A DNA stretch of 64,000 bases from assembly GCA_024234975.1 (NCBI GenBank), contig JACKNH010000015.1, positions 20,733 through 84,732 of the forward strand. The letters run 5' to 3'. Below are positions 56,029 through 64,000 of the stretch, in pieces. The notes below the pieces were generated by a model. That model did not search any database, was not told the DNA's origin, and worked only from the letters and a program-made list of their open reading frames with translations. The translations under genes and the position numbers were made by a program. Position 1 is the stretch's first letter. The number at the start of each line of letters is the position of its first letter. The DNA is from Gammaproteobacteria bacterium (lineage in GTDB: Bacteria; Pseudomonadota; Gammaproteobacteria; Ga0077536).

Positions 56029-56164
56029 CCCGCGACCGTCCTGTCTTCTTGCGCGCGCCAGAGCCGACCGATTCGAAGCTGCCTGGCGGTTGGTCGCAAT
56101 TCACCTGAATGCTTCAAGGTGTAAGCATTGCAGCCTTGTGCAGCAACCCGGGAGTATGAGCATC

Positions 56165-56908
56165 ATGCCGTCCGATGCGTCAGTACAAAAGGAAACCGGT
56201 TCGGCCTCGCAGACGTTGGTCGCCCGCCATCTGAGCAAGACCTATCGTAGTGGTGACGTCGAGGTACATGCGCTGCAAGGTGTGGACTTCGAACTGAACA
56301 AGAACGAGCTTGTCGTGCTGCTCGGGCCGTCCGGCAGCGGTAAATCGACACTGCTTAACATCATCGGCGGACTCGATACCCCGACCTCCGGCGACATCCG
56401 TTTTCGTGATCACAACCTGAGTTCGGCGGACGAGGCCGAACTGACCCGCTTCCGACGCGAGCACGTCGGGTTTGTATTCCAGTTCTATAACCTGATCCCG
56501 AGTCTTACCGCGCGCGAGAACGTGGCGCTGGTGACCGAGATCGCGCCGCATCCGCTGGACCCCGCGGAGGCATTGTCGCTGGTAGGGCTTGGCAAACGGC
56601 TCGATCACTTTCCGGCGCAACTGTCAGGCGGCGAGCAGCAGCGTGTGGCGATCGCCAGGGCCATCGCCAAGCAGCCGGAAATCCTGCTCTGCGACGAGCC
56701 CACGGGGGCACTGGACAGCCGCACCGGCGTGTTGGTGCTGGAAGCCATTGAACGGGTCAATCGTGAACTCGGTACCAGCACGGCGTTGATTACCCACAAC
56801 ACCGCAATCGCTGGCATGGCTGACCGTGTGGTCCACATTGCGGATGGGCGGATTGAGCGCACCGAGCGCAACCTGCATCGGCAACCGATACATGAACTCA
56901 AGTGGTAG
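56165..56908 (+). CDS. ABC transporter ATP-binding protein (MacB/LolD/YbbA-like)
   Basis: Walker [10 protein letters not shown], signature [14 protein letters not shown], Walker [12 protein letters not shown]. Start is ATG 56165 (GGAG 10 nt upstream) or 56156. The earlier part of the track ORF overlaps the TauD gene. Confidence 0.9.
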   Translation: MPSDASVQKETGSASQTLVARHLSKTYRSGDVEVHALQGVDFELNKNELVVLLGPSGSGKSTLLNIIGGLDTPTSGDIRFRDHNLSSADEAELTRFRREHVGFVFQFYNLIPSLTARENVALVTEIAPHPLDPAEALSLVGLGKRLDHFPAQLSGGEQQRVAIARAIAKQPEILLCDEPTGALDSRTGVLVLEAIERVNRELGTSTALITHNTAIAGMADRVVHIADGRIERTERNLHRQPIHELKW

Positions 56909-59278
56909 GTGATGACGACGCTGGACCGCAAACTGTGGCGTGAACTCTGGCATCTGCGCGGCCAGGCGCTGGCTGTCGCAGTCGTCATTGCCTCGGGTGT
57001 GGCCATGTTGGTGATGTCGATGTCGACGGTGGAAGCACTGGATGACACGACCCGCGCGTACTACCAGCGTAACCGCTTTGGTGACGTATTCGCATTTGCC
57101 GTGCGCGCGCCGGAAACCGTGGCCCGGCGCATTGCGGAATTGCCCGGCGTGCAGAGCGTCGACGTCCGTATCGGCAAATATGCCACGCTTGATATTGACG
57201 GTCTCGCCGAGCCGGTCATCGGTCGGTTGCAGTCCATTCCCGAGGATGGCCAGCCACCATTGAACCGGTTGACGTTGCGCAGTGGCCGCTGGCTGGAACC
57301 CGGTCGTCGCGATGAAGTGATCATCAACGAGCCCTTCGCGGAAGCGCATGGCATGGTCGAAGGCGCGCAATTTTCGGCCTTGATCAACGGGCACTACCGT
57401 CGGCTCACAGTCGTGGGCACGGCGCTTTCGCCGGAGTTTGTCTATGCGCTCGGCCCCGGCGCTCTGATGCCGGATGACAAACGCTTCGGCATCGTATGGA
57501 TGAGCCGGCAGGCGCTGGAATCCGCTTACGATCTCGAAGGGGCATTCAACGATCTTTCGGTTTCACTGCTGCGTGGCGCGGCGGTTGATGCAGTGCTGCG
57601 CGACATCGATACCCTGCTCGAACCTTATGGTGGCTTTCGCGCCGTCGCCCGCGCTGACCAGTTATCCAACTGGTTCGTCATGAACGAAATCGCCCAGCAG
57701 CGCACGATGTCCACGATCCTGCCGACCATCTTCCTGGCCGTCGCGGCATTCCTTACCTACATGGTGTTGACCCGGTTGATCGCTACCGAGCGCAGTGAAA
57801 TCGGTCTGTTGAAAGCCTTCGGCTATACCCACTGGGAGATCAGCTGGCACTACATGAAGCTGGTGCTCGTGATCGCCGTAGCAGGGATATTGCTCGGCAG
57901 CGTGCTGGGCGCCATGTTCGGACTGGATAACACCCGGCGCTATGCGGATTTCTTCCGCTTCCCGTTGCTGATCTACCGGCCCAGCGCCAACGCCTTTCTG
58001 CTGGCCGCGCTGGTCTCGGTGGCCACTACTGTTGCCGGCGCGGTCGGTGCGGTTCGCCGGGCGGCGTCGTTGCCACCCGCGGAAGCCATGCGCCCGCCAC
58101 AACCGGTGATCTATCGCCATACCGACAGCGGTCGGCGTCAATTGCTCGCGCTGGTCGATCAGCCTACGCGTATCGCACTACGACAGATTGGTCGTTGGCC
58201 GCTGCGAGCGTTCTTCACGGTGGCGGGAATTTCGATGTCGGTGGCGCTGCTGGTGGTGGGGCTGCAATGGAGTGACATGATCGACGAAATGGCGGAGCGA
58301 TATTTCTTCGATGCCCAGCGCCAGCACGCCATGATCGGGCTCAGTGAAGCGCAGGCCATGACCGCGTTGCAGGATTTCAAACATCTGCCTGGTGTGATCG
58401 CCGCCGAACCCCTGCGATTTGTCAGCGCAGACTTTCACGTTGGCACGCGGCGGCATCGTGGCGCAATCAATGGCGTACCGGCGGACACGGTGCTGCAACC
58501 CATCCATGATGAAGCGACAGGACACGATCTGCCCGTACCGCAGGATGGTCTGGCAATGGCGACGCGTCTGGCGCAGAAACTGGACGTCGGCGTCGGTGAT
58601 ATGGTCTGGGTCGACATCCAGCAAGGGCAGCGTCCTTCGGTGCAACTGCCGGTGACGACCTTGTTTGAAACCATGATTGCGATGCCAGCGGTCATGGACC
58701 TGCAGGCATTGAACCGCCTGCTCAAGGAGCGCCCCAGTCTGGAATACGCAAATCTGTTGATCGACAAGCGGGCAGAAGGGGAATTATTCAGAGCACTGAA
58801 ATCCATGCCCGGCATCGGTGCGGTCATGATCAAGCAGGCGGCGCTGGATTCCTTTCATGACACCATCGGTGAGCAGATGCTGATCTACACCGGCATCTTT
58901 GCCATGTTCGCCGGCGCTTTGGGATTCGGCGTGGTGTACAACAGCGCCCGCATCGCGCTGTCGGAGCGTGGTCGCGAGTTGGCGACGCTACGGGTACTGG
59001 GGTTCACGCGTGGCGAAATATCCTACATTCTGCTCGCCGAGGTTGGTCTGTTGATCGTTGCAGCGCTGCCCCTGGGGTGCCTGGCCGGCCGTGGCCTGAC
59101 GCTGATGATTGCCCACTTGTTCGATACGGAATTGTTTCGCATACCTGCCACAGTGCAACCTTCCACTTACGGCATGGCCGTGCTGCTGACACTGCTTGCC
59201 ACCGTCACCTCCATCGCACTCGTTCGCAGGCGCGTCGATCAACTCGACCTGATCCGAGTGCTGAAAACACGGGAATAA
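56909..59278 (+). CDS. ABC transporter permease with two FtsX-like domains (YbbP/MacB-type)
   Basis: GTG directly after the ATPase stop. 789 aa. N-terminal [33 protein letters not shown] and two four-helix FtsX-type bundles separated by large periplasmic regions. Confidence 0.85.
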   Translation: MMTTLDRKLWRELWHLRGQALAVAVVIASGVAMLVMSMSTVEALDDTTRAYYQRNRFGDVFAFAVRAPETVARRIAELPGVQSVDVRIGKYATLDIDGLAEPVIGRLQSIPEDGQPPLNRLTLRSGRWLEPGRRDEVIINEPFAEAHGMVEGAQFSALINGHYRRLTVVGTALSPEFVYALGPGALMPDDKRFGIVWMSRQALESAYDLEGAFNDLSVSLLRGAAVDAVLRDIDTLLEPYGGFRAVARADQLSNWFVMNEIAQQRTMSTILPTIFLAVAAFLTYMVLTRLIATERSEIGLLKAFGYTHWEISWHYMKLVLVIAVAGILLGSVLGAMFGLDNTRRYADFFRFPLLIYRPSANAFLLAALVSVATTVAGAVGAVRRAASLPPAEAMRPPQPVIYRHTDSGRRQLLALVDQPTRIALRQIGRWPLRAFFTVAGISMSVALLVVGLQWSDMIDEMAERYFFDAQRQHAMIGLSEAQAMTALQDFKHLPGVIAAEPLRFVSADFHVGTRRHRGAINGVPADTVLQPIHDEATGHDLPVPQDGLAMATRLAQKLDVGVGDMVWVDIQQGQRPSVQLPVTTLFETMIAMPAVMDLQALNRLLKERPSLEYANLLIDKRAEGELFRALKSMPGIGAVMIKQAALDSFHDTIGEQMLIYTGIFAMFAGALGFGVVYNSARIALSERGRELATLRVLGFTRGEISYILLAEVGLLIVAALPLGCLAGRGLTLMIAHLFDTELFRIPATVQPSTYGMAVLLTLLATVTSIALVRRRVDQLDLIRVLKTRE

Positions 59279-59281
59279 GCC

Positions 59282-60487
59282 ATGCAAGCCATTACACGCA
59301 GACTGTTGTTCTGGGGCATCATCGCCGCGCTGGTGCTCGCTGGGCTGACGGCGGCGTTTACGCCGCGGTCGTTACCTGTCGATGTCGACACAGTCCAGCG
59401 TGGGACATTACGGGTCATGGTGGAAGATGAAGGCAAAACCCGTGTGCACGACATCTATGTGATTTCTGCTCCGGTAACCGGCCGGATGCGGCGTATCGAC
59501 CTGCACGTGGGCGACGCAGTGGTCGCCAGCGAGACCGTGGTGGCTGAGATAGAACCCATCGACCCGGCGTTTCTGGATCCGCGTGGCGAGGCCCAGGCCC
59601 GCGCCGACATCCGTGCCGCCGAATCGGCCGAAGCCGTTGCCCGGGCACAGGTCGAACAGGCGCAGGCGGAACTGGATTTTGCCCACCGTGAATTCGACCG
59701 CGCCCGTGAGCTGGTACCGCAGGGAACCATATCGCAGCGTGAGCTCGATGATGCCGAACGTGCTTACCGCACCCGCCGTGCCGCGCTGCTGACCATGCAG
59801 GCCGCACTGGACCGCAGCACCTATGAACTGGAACGTTCGCGCGCCCAATTGCTTTCGCCGGCGCAAACCGAACGCAACGCCGCTGAATGTGATTGCATTG
59901 CCTTACGCGCGCCGGTCGACGGCCGGATCCTGCAGTTACTGCAGCAGAGTGAAGGCGTCGTCACCGCGGGTACGCCGCTGGTGGATGTCGGTGATGCGCG
60001 TGATCTGGAAATCGCCGTGGACCTGCTATCCGCCGATGCGGTCAGGGTCGAGGCGGGGCAACGCGTCATCATCGATGGCTGGGGTGGCGATCAGGCCCTG
60101 GAGGGTCGTGTGCGGCTGGTTGAACCGTTCGGTTACACCAAGGTTTCGGCACTGGGTATCGAAGAGCAGCGCGTGAATGTGGTGATCGATATCATCAGTC
60201 CGGCTGCTGATTGGCAGCGATTGGCGCACGGTTACCAGGTCGATGCCCGCATTGTGCTTGCCGAACACGTCGATGTGCTGACGGTGCCGCTGACGGCGCT
60301 GTTCCGCGATGGTCCGGATTGGGCGGTATTCGTGGCAGAGGCTGACCGCGCGCGGTTACGGCAGGTGACGCTGGGTGACCGCAATGGATCGCAGGCCGAG
60401 GTCAGGGAGGGGCTTGCCGAAGGCGAGCGGGTGGTTTTACATCCCAGCGACAGGATTGCCCAGGGTGTGCGCATCCGGGCGAATTGA
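59282..60487 (+). CDS. HlyD/MacA-type periplasmic adaptor (membrane fusion) protein
   Basis: N-terminal anchor LLFWGIIAALVLAGL. Coiled-coil hairpin AQVEQAQAELDFAHREFDRARELVPQGTISQRELDDAERAY.... Beta-barrel/lipoyl-like flanks. Confidence 0.85.
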   Translation: MQAITRRLLFWGIIAALVLAGLTAAFTPRSLPVDVDTVQRGTLRVMVEDEGKTRVHDIYVISAPVTGRMRRIDLHVGDAVVASETVVAEIEPIDPAFLDPRGEAQARADIRAAESAEAVARAQVEQAQAELDFAHREFDRARELVPQGTISQRELDDAERAYRTRRAALLTMQAALDRSTYELERSRAQLLSPAQTERNAAECDCIALRAPVDGRILQLLQQSEGVVTAGTPLVDVGDARDLEIAVDLLSADAVRVEAGQRVIIDGWGGDQALEGRVRLVEPFGYTKVSALGIEEQRVNVVIDIISPAADWQRLAHGYQVDARIVLAEHVDVLTVPLTALFRDGPDWAVFVAEADRARLRQVTLGDRNGSQAEVREGLAEGERVVLHPSDRIAQGVRIRAN

Positions 60488-60588
60488 TTTGTTTGAGGCC
60501 GGTGCTCTGGCGCGAGGAGAGTGCTGCATCAAGCCTGCCTGCCGACCCGCGCTAAGCGGGCCGGCACAGGCGAACGAACAGCGAAAGG

Positions 60589-61851
60589 TCAGGGGTTGGC
60601 TTCCACCGAATAGGTGATCGCCGCGTTCCGGGTCTTCTGGAACTCCGGCACGGTCATGCCCTTCATTGCCGCGTAGACATCGATATTGCCCAGACCGACC
60701 ACGGGTGCGAGCTTCTCCAGATTGAAGAAGATCACGCCGTACTGAATCATGCCGATCCAGTCGAGCTCGCGAATCATCCGCTTTTCCTCGTCGGTCAGCT
60801 CGTATTCGGTGGCAAGCGCTTCGAAGTCCGATTTGAAGCGGGCGCGGAATTCCGGCTCGATAATCGAGTGCAGGAAATTGTTGATGCGCCATGCCTTGAC
60901 GCAGCGGCTGATGGTGAAGGGGTAGGTGCCTTCCAGGTCCGCCGCGGGTGCGACATCCCACATGATCCGCTTCATGTACTCTTCCCGTGATTCCGGTGAC
61001 GGATCCTCTTCGGCATCTTCAAAAATCATCGAGGCAATTGCGGTCATCGATGGCAGGAAGAAGCTCTGGTGCAACTTGTTGACCTTGGGCGCCAGCGCGC
61101 CACGCATCAACATCCACATGACGACTTCCGCACCTTCCATGCCGCCGAGTTTTGCCAGTTCGCCAATCGGCATTCTGGTCAACGATTCCGGATCCTGGTG
61201 CAGGCGATCCATGAACTCGTGATCCCATTCGACGTTATTGAAGCCGCAGCGCTCACCATGTACCTGATGCGACAGGCCGCCGGTACCGGCGATTGCGATC
61301 TTGATATCAGCGGGATAATTCTGCAGCGCGCGACGCAGTGAACGGCCGAAATCCCAGAAGCGCCTGGCTTTCGGAATCGGGAATTCCAGCACGCCACATT
61401 GCAGCGGGATGATCTTGCACGGCCAGCCGTTCTCGTTGTCGTAGGGCAGCAATACCGACAGCGGTGAGAATGCGCCGTGATCCAGGCCCATACCCTGCCA
61501 GTAGCTGAGGTCGAATTCGTCGGCGACCAGGCCGAACGCGAGGTGCTGGGCGAGATCCGGGTCGCCCTTGATCGGCGGCACGTTGCGCGCGCCGCCGCCC
61601 TCATCAGCCGGCGCGAATTCTTCGCCGATACCGATGGCGAAATGCGAGTAATGGCGCATCCAGAATGACGTCATGTGGTCGTTGTACACATAGATGATGA
61701 CGTCGGGTTTCGTTTTCGCCAGCCATTCCTTGACCGGCTCAAAGCCCTTGAAGATCGGTGCCCAGACCGGGTCGTCATATTTGCCCGCGTCGTGCGCAAA
61801 GGCGATGGTGGGGGTGTGCGAAACGGCGAAACCGCCGACTATTTTGGCCAT
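60589..61851 (-). CDS. galA: Gallate dioxygenase-like class III extradiol dioxygenase (fused LigB-LigA type, 420 aa)
   Basis: MAKIVGGFAVSHTPTIAFAHDAGKYDDPVWAPIFKGFEPVKEWL...YVYNDHMTSF...GGLSHQVHGERCGFNNVEWDHEF is collinear with P. putida GalA as I recall it. RBS AGGAGA. Confidence 0.75.
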   Translation of the reverse strand: MAKIVGGFAVSHTPTIAFAHDAGKYDDPVWAPIFKGFEPVKEWLAKTKPDVIIYVYNDHMTSFWMRHYSHFAIGIGEEFAPADEGGGARNVPPIKGDPDLAQHLAFGLVADEFDLSYWQGMGLDHGAFSPLSVLLPYDNENGWPCKIIPLQCGVLEFPIPKARRFWDFGRSLRRALQNYPADIKIAIAGTGGLSHQVHGERCGFNNVEWDHEFMDRLHQDPESLTRMPIGELAKLGGMEGAEVVMWMLMRGALAPKVNKLHQSFFLPSMTAIASMIFEDAEEDPSPESREEYMKRIMWDVAPAADLEGTYPFTISRCVKAWRINNFLHSIIEPEFRARFKSDFEALATEYELTDEEKRMIRELDWIGMIQYGVIFFNLEKLAPVVGLGNIDVYAAMKGMTVPEFQKTRNAAITYSVEANP

Positions 61852-61889
61852 TACATTTTTCTCCTGAGACTGGTCCTACAACATACCGA

Positions 61890-61953
61890 GGCGAACTTCG
61901 AGAAGCACAGTACTATAGCAAGTTCGCCGGCCGGGATTGAGCTGGCTCAAGGT
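61890..61953. promoter_or_regulatory. Three GGCGAAC/GTTCGCC half-sites upstream of the dioxygenase gene (candidate operator)
   Basis: GGCGAACTT (61890-61898) and AAGTTCGCC (61920-61928) form a 9-bp inverted repeat with a 21-nt spacer that contains TATAGT on the minus strand. A third half-site TTGTTCGCC lies at 61945-61953. Confidence 0.3.
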
Positions 61954-62252
61954 TGTTCGCCACTTTCCCACGGCACGGCGCTCTCCCACCGTATGCGGCA
62001 GTGAAATTCCCATAAGCCGGAACTGAACCTGTTACCTGCAGTACCCCAAAATCCGGGCGGTCGGTGCCATTGAACAGGTGCTGACAAACCGCAGGCGCCA
62101 ACGCAAGTCTTCCGTCCCCCCGGTCGCCATCAGGCAATTCCCCAAGAGTTGGGCTGGTTGTTACGCAACCGTCATCCACACGTCACCGGGACGTAACACA
62201 GCGGCAACACCATTCGAGCGGCAAACAACAATATCCTGGGGAGGATGACCCG

Positions 62253-63872
62253 ATGTATTTGAAGAAGATCTCTGTCGCGTTGCTGGCGGCAATGGCAGTG
62301 GCGCCTGCGGGCGCTGTGGAAATGCTCAACACACAACACCTATGGACGTTCGATCACTGGGCGGCGAAAGGCAACGGCACACCGGGTTTCGGCGCGGAAA
62401 TTCTCGCGTTCGACGCCGCCAACAGCGCTTTGTGGGTGGTTGGTCTCGATGTCGAAGGCCCCGATCTCGGCAATGGAGGTATTGATGTCCTCGACCTGTC
62501 CGGCAACCTGCTGAACTCCATTGACCTGACCGCCCTGGGTGGTGTGAACAGCGTGGCGATTGCCAATGGTCGCGCAGCGGTGGCGGTCAGTGCACCTTTC
62601 AAGACCGATCCGGGTTATGTGCGCTTCTTTGATACCAGCGACTACTCGATTCTCGGCACGGTTGGCGTAGGCGCCAATCCCGACGCGGTGACATTCACTC
62701 CCGACGGCTCGCGCGTCATCGTGGCCAACGAGGGTGAACCCATCGACTACTCTGCGGCCAACATTGATCCGCAGGGCACGGTCAGCATTATCGACGCGGC
62801 GACGCTGGCCGCCACCACCGCGGACTTCACCGCGTTCGATGCCAGCCGGGTGACACTGGAAGCGCTGGGTGTACGGCTCAACGGCCCGAACGCGTCGGTG
62901 TCGCAGGATCTCGAACCGGAGTATTCCGCGGTCAGCGCCGACGGCACCAGGGCGCTGGTGACGTTGCAGGAGAACAACTCGGTCGCGGTGATTGATCTCG
63001 AGACGTCCACCGTCGAAGCCATCGTGCCGCTGGGATTCAAGAACCATAACGCACTCGGCAACGGTCTGGATGCTTCAAATTCCGATGGCATCGAAGGCAA
63101 CATCCAGAACTGGCGTGTGAACGGGACCTACATGCCGGACGGCATCGCCGGTTTCACCAATGACGGTAATCAGTATTACGTGATCGCCAACGAAGGTGAC
63201 GCGCGTGAATGGGGTGACGAGAACGACCCGGATTTCTTCATCGACGAAGTGCGGGTGAAGGATGCCGATATCGATCCGGTGCTCGACGGCCTGCTGAAAT
63301 TGCAGCACGGCGATGATTATGCGGATTCCGCCAATCTCGGCCGGCTCAAGGTATCAACGACCGGTGATCTGGACGGCGACGGCGATCTGGATCGACTGGA
63401 ATCGTTCGGCGCGCGCTCGTTCTCGATCCTGAATGCCTCCGGCGAAATCGTGTACGACTCGGCTGATGCCATCGAGCAGATCATCGCCGCGCAGTTCCTG
63501 GACGACTTGTGGGTCGACGATCGCAGCGATGACAAGGGTCCGGAACCGGAAAGCGTCGTCATCGGCCAACTTGGCGCGAGTACTTTGCTGTTCGTCGGCC
63601 TTGAGCGCAGCAATGCCGTGATGATCTGGGACCTGACCGATCTCGGTGACATCAATTTCATCGACATGCTGTTCGCCGATGGCGACATTGGTCCGGAAGG
63701 ATTGACCTACTTCACGCTGGGTAACACCGGTTACCTCGGCATCGCCAACGAGATCAGTGGTACGACTTCGCTCTACAGCCTGACCGCGGTGCCGGTGCCG
63801 GCCGCTGTCTGGCTGTTCGGGTCTGCGCTGGCCGGTCTGGGGGCAATGCGCCGCCGCGACCCGCTGGCCTGA
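62253..63872 (+). CDS. Choice-of-anchor I family beta-propeller protein (phytase/alkaline-phosphatase-like) with VPxPAAxWLFGS exosortase-style tail
   Basis: RBS GGGGAGGA. Signal peptide MYLKKISVALLAAMAVAPAGA. GANPDAVTFTPDGSRVIVANEGEP, DLEPEYSAVSADGTRALVTLQENNSVAVIDL, MPDGIAGF...YYVIANEGDAREW, FGARSFSILN, RSDDKGPEPESVVIG. Tail AVPVPAAVWLFGSALAGLGAMRRR. Confidence 0.7.
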   Translation: MYLKKISVALLAAMAVAPAGAVEMLNTQHLWTFDHWAAKGNGTPGFGAEILAFDAANSALWVVGLDVEGPDLGNGGIDVLDLSGNLLNSIDLTALGGVNSVAIANGRAAVAVSAPFKTDPGYVRFFDTSDYSILGTVGVGANPDAVTFTPDGSRVIVANEGEPIDYSAANIDPQGTVSIIDAATLAATTADFTAFDASRVTLEALGVRLNGPNASVSQDLEPEYSAVSADGTRALVTLQENNSVAVIDLETSTVEAIVPLGFKNHNALGNGLDASNSDGIEGNIQNWRVNGTYMPDGIAGFTNDGNQYYVIANEGDAREWGDENDPDFFIDEVRVKDADIDPVLDGLLKLQHGDDYADSANLGRLKVSTTGDLDGDGDLDRLESFGARSFSILNASGEIVYDSADAIEQIIAAQFLDDLWVDDRSDDKGPEPESVVIGQLGASTLLFVGLERSNAVMIWDLTDLGDINFIDMLFADGDIGPEGLTYFTLGNTGYLGIANEISGTTSLYSLTAVPVPAAVWLFGSALAGLGAMRRRDPLA

Positions 63873-64000
63873 GCCGATGGTCCGAACCGTGGCTGCCGCA
63901 GTGCTGCGGTGGCCACGGGTTCGCGGCCCGTACCCGCAGTTGAACGTCACCAGCCGATACGCGCTAGAATCCTCGTCCATCAGCGGCCTGATACCACGTG

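Noticed and set aside
61852-62252. Riboswitch (e.g. cobalamin) or sRNA in the 401-bp divergent intergenic region.
   Set aside because: I looked for B12-box-like and other conserved riboswitch cores on both strands and could not align any convincingly. Neither flanking gene is a typical riboswitch target. Only the GGCGAAC half-sites are reported.
1-64000. Search for tRNA, rRNA, tmRNA, IS elements, integrases, prophage genes and toxin-antitoxin pairs.
   Set aside because: No intergenic region has cloverleaf-like or rRNA-like sequence that I could recognise. No ORF shows transposase (DDE), recombinase or phage structural motifs. Mobile-element evidence is limited to the short repeat elements reported above.

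Overview
This is a 64-kb GC-rich chromosomal segment. Spot counts of 60-nt lines mostly give 62-67% G+C. It comes from a Gram-negative, probably gammaproteobacterial, environmental bacterium that uses exosortase-type (PEP-CTERM-like) sorting signals. I can support about 48 protein-coding genes. I found no rRNA, tRNA, CRISPR array, transposase or integrase. The left end holds the last 9.9 kb of a giant two-partner-secretion (TpsA-type) beta-helical exoprotein whose 5' end is off-window, followed by its overlapping TpsB (ShlB/FhaC) transporter. The rest is a mosaic of ordinary and accessory genes with a marked periplasmic-redox theme: a type II quinohemoprotein alcohol dehydrogenase; a PVA-dehydrogenase-like cytochrome c-PQQ enzyme beside a Tat-signal EthD protein; and a Tat-signal thiamine-diphosphate enzyme coupled to a monoheme cytochrome c. 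That last pair is my top candidate for something undescribed. Other items worth a second look: (1) a membrane-anchored TIR-domain protein with an extracytoplasmic C-terminal domain; (2) a PEP-CTERM gene of lower GC bracketed by two copies of an ~80-bp hairpin element; (3) a 98-bp perfect palindrome; (4) a nested 218-bp/39-bp repeat array; (5) a lower-GC block with a membrane AraC regulator, a CPBP protease and an unannotated 30-codon membrane-peptide ORF; (6) an orphan lipoyl domain; (7) a SelD-like domain lacking its catalytic loop; (8) four proteins with three variants of exosortase-type C-terminal tails. All homology calls come from motif recognition by eye, not database searches. Start codons were chosen from RBS and signal-peptide context and may be off by some codons. 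The many long antisense ORFs in the track are treated as high-GC artefacts.
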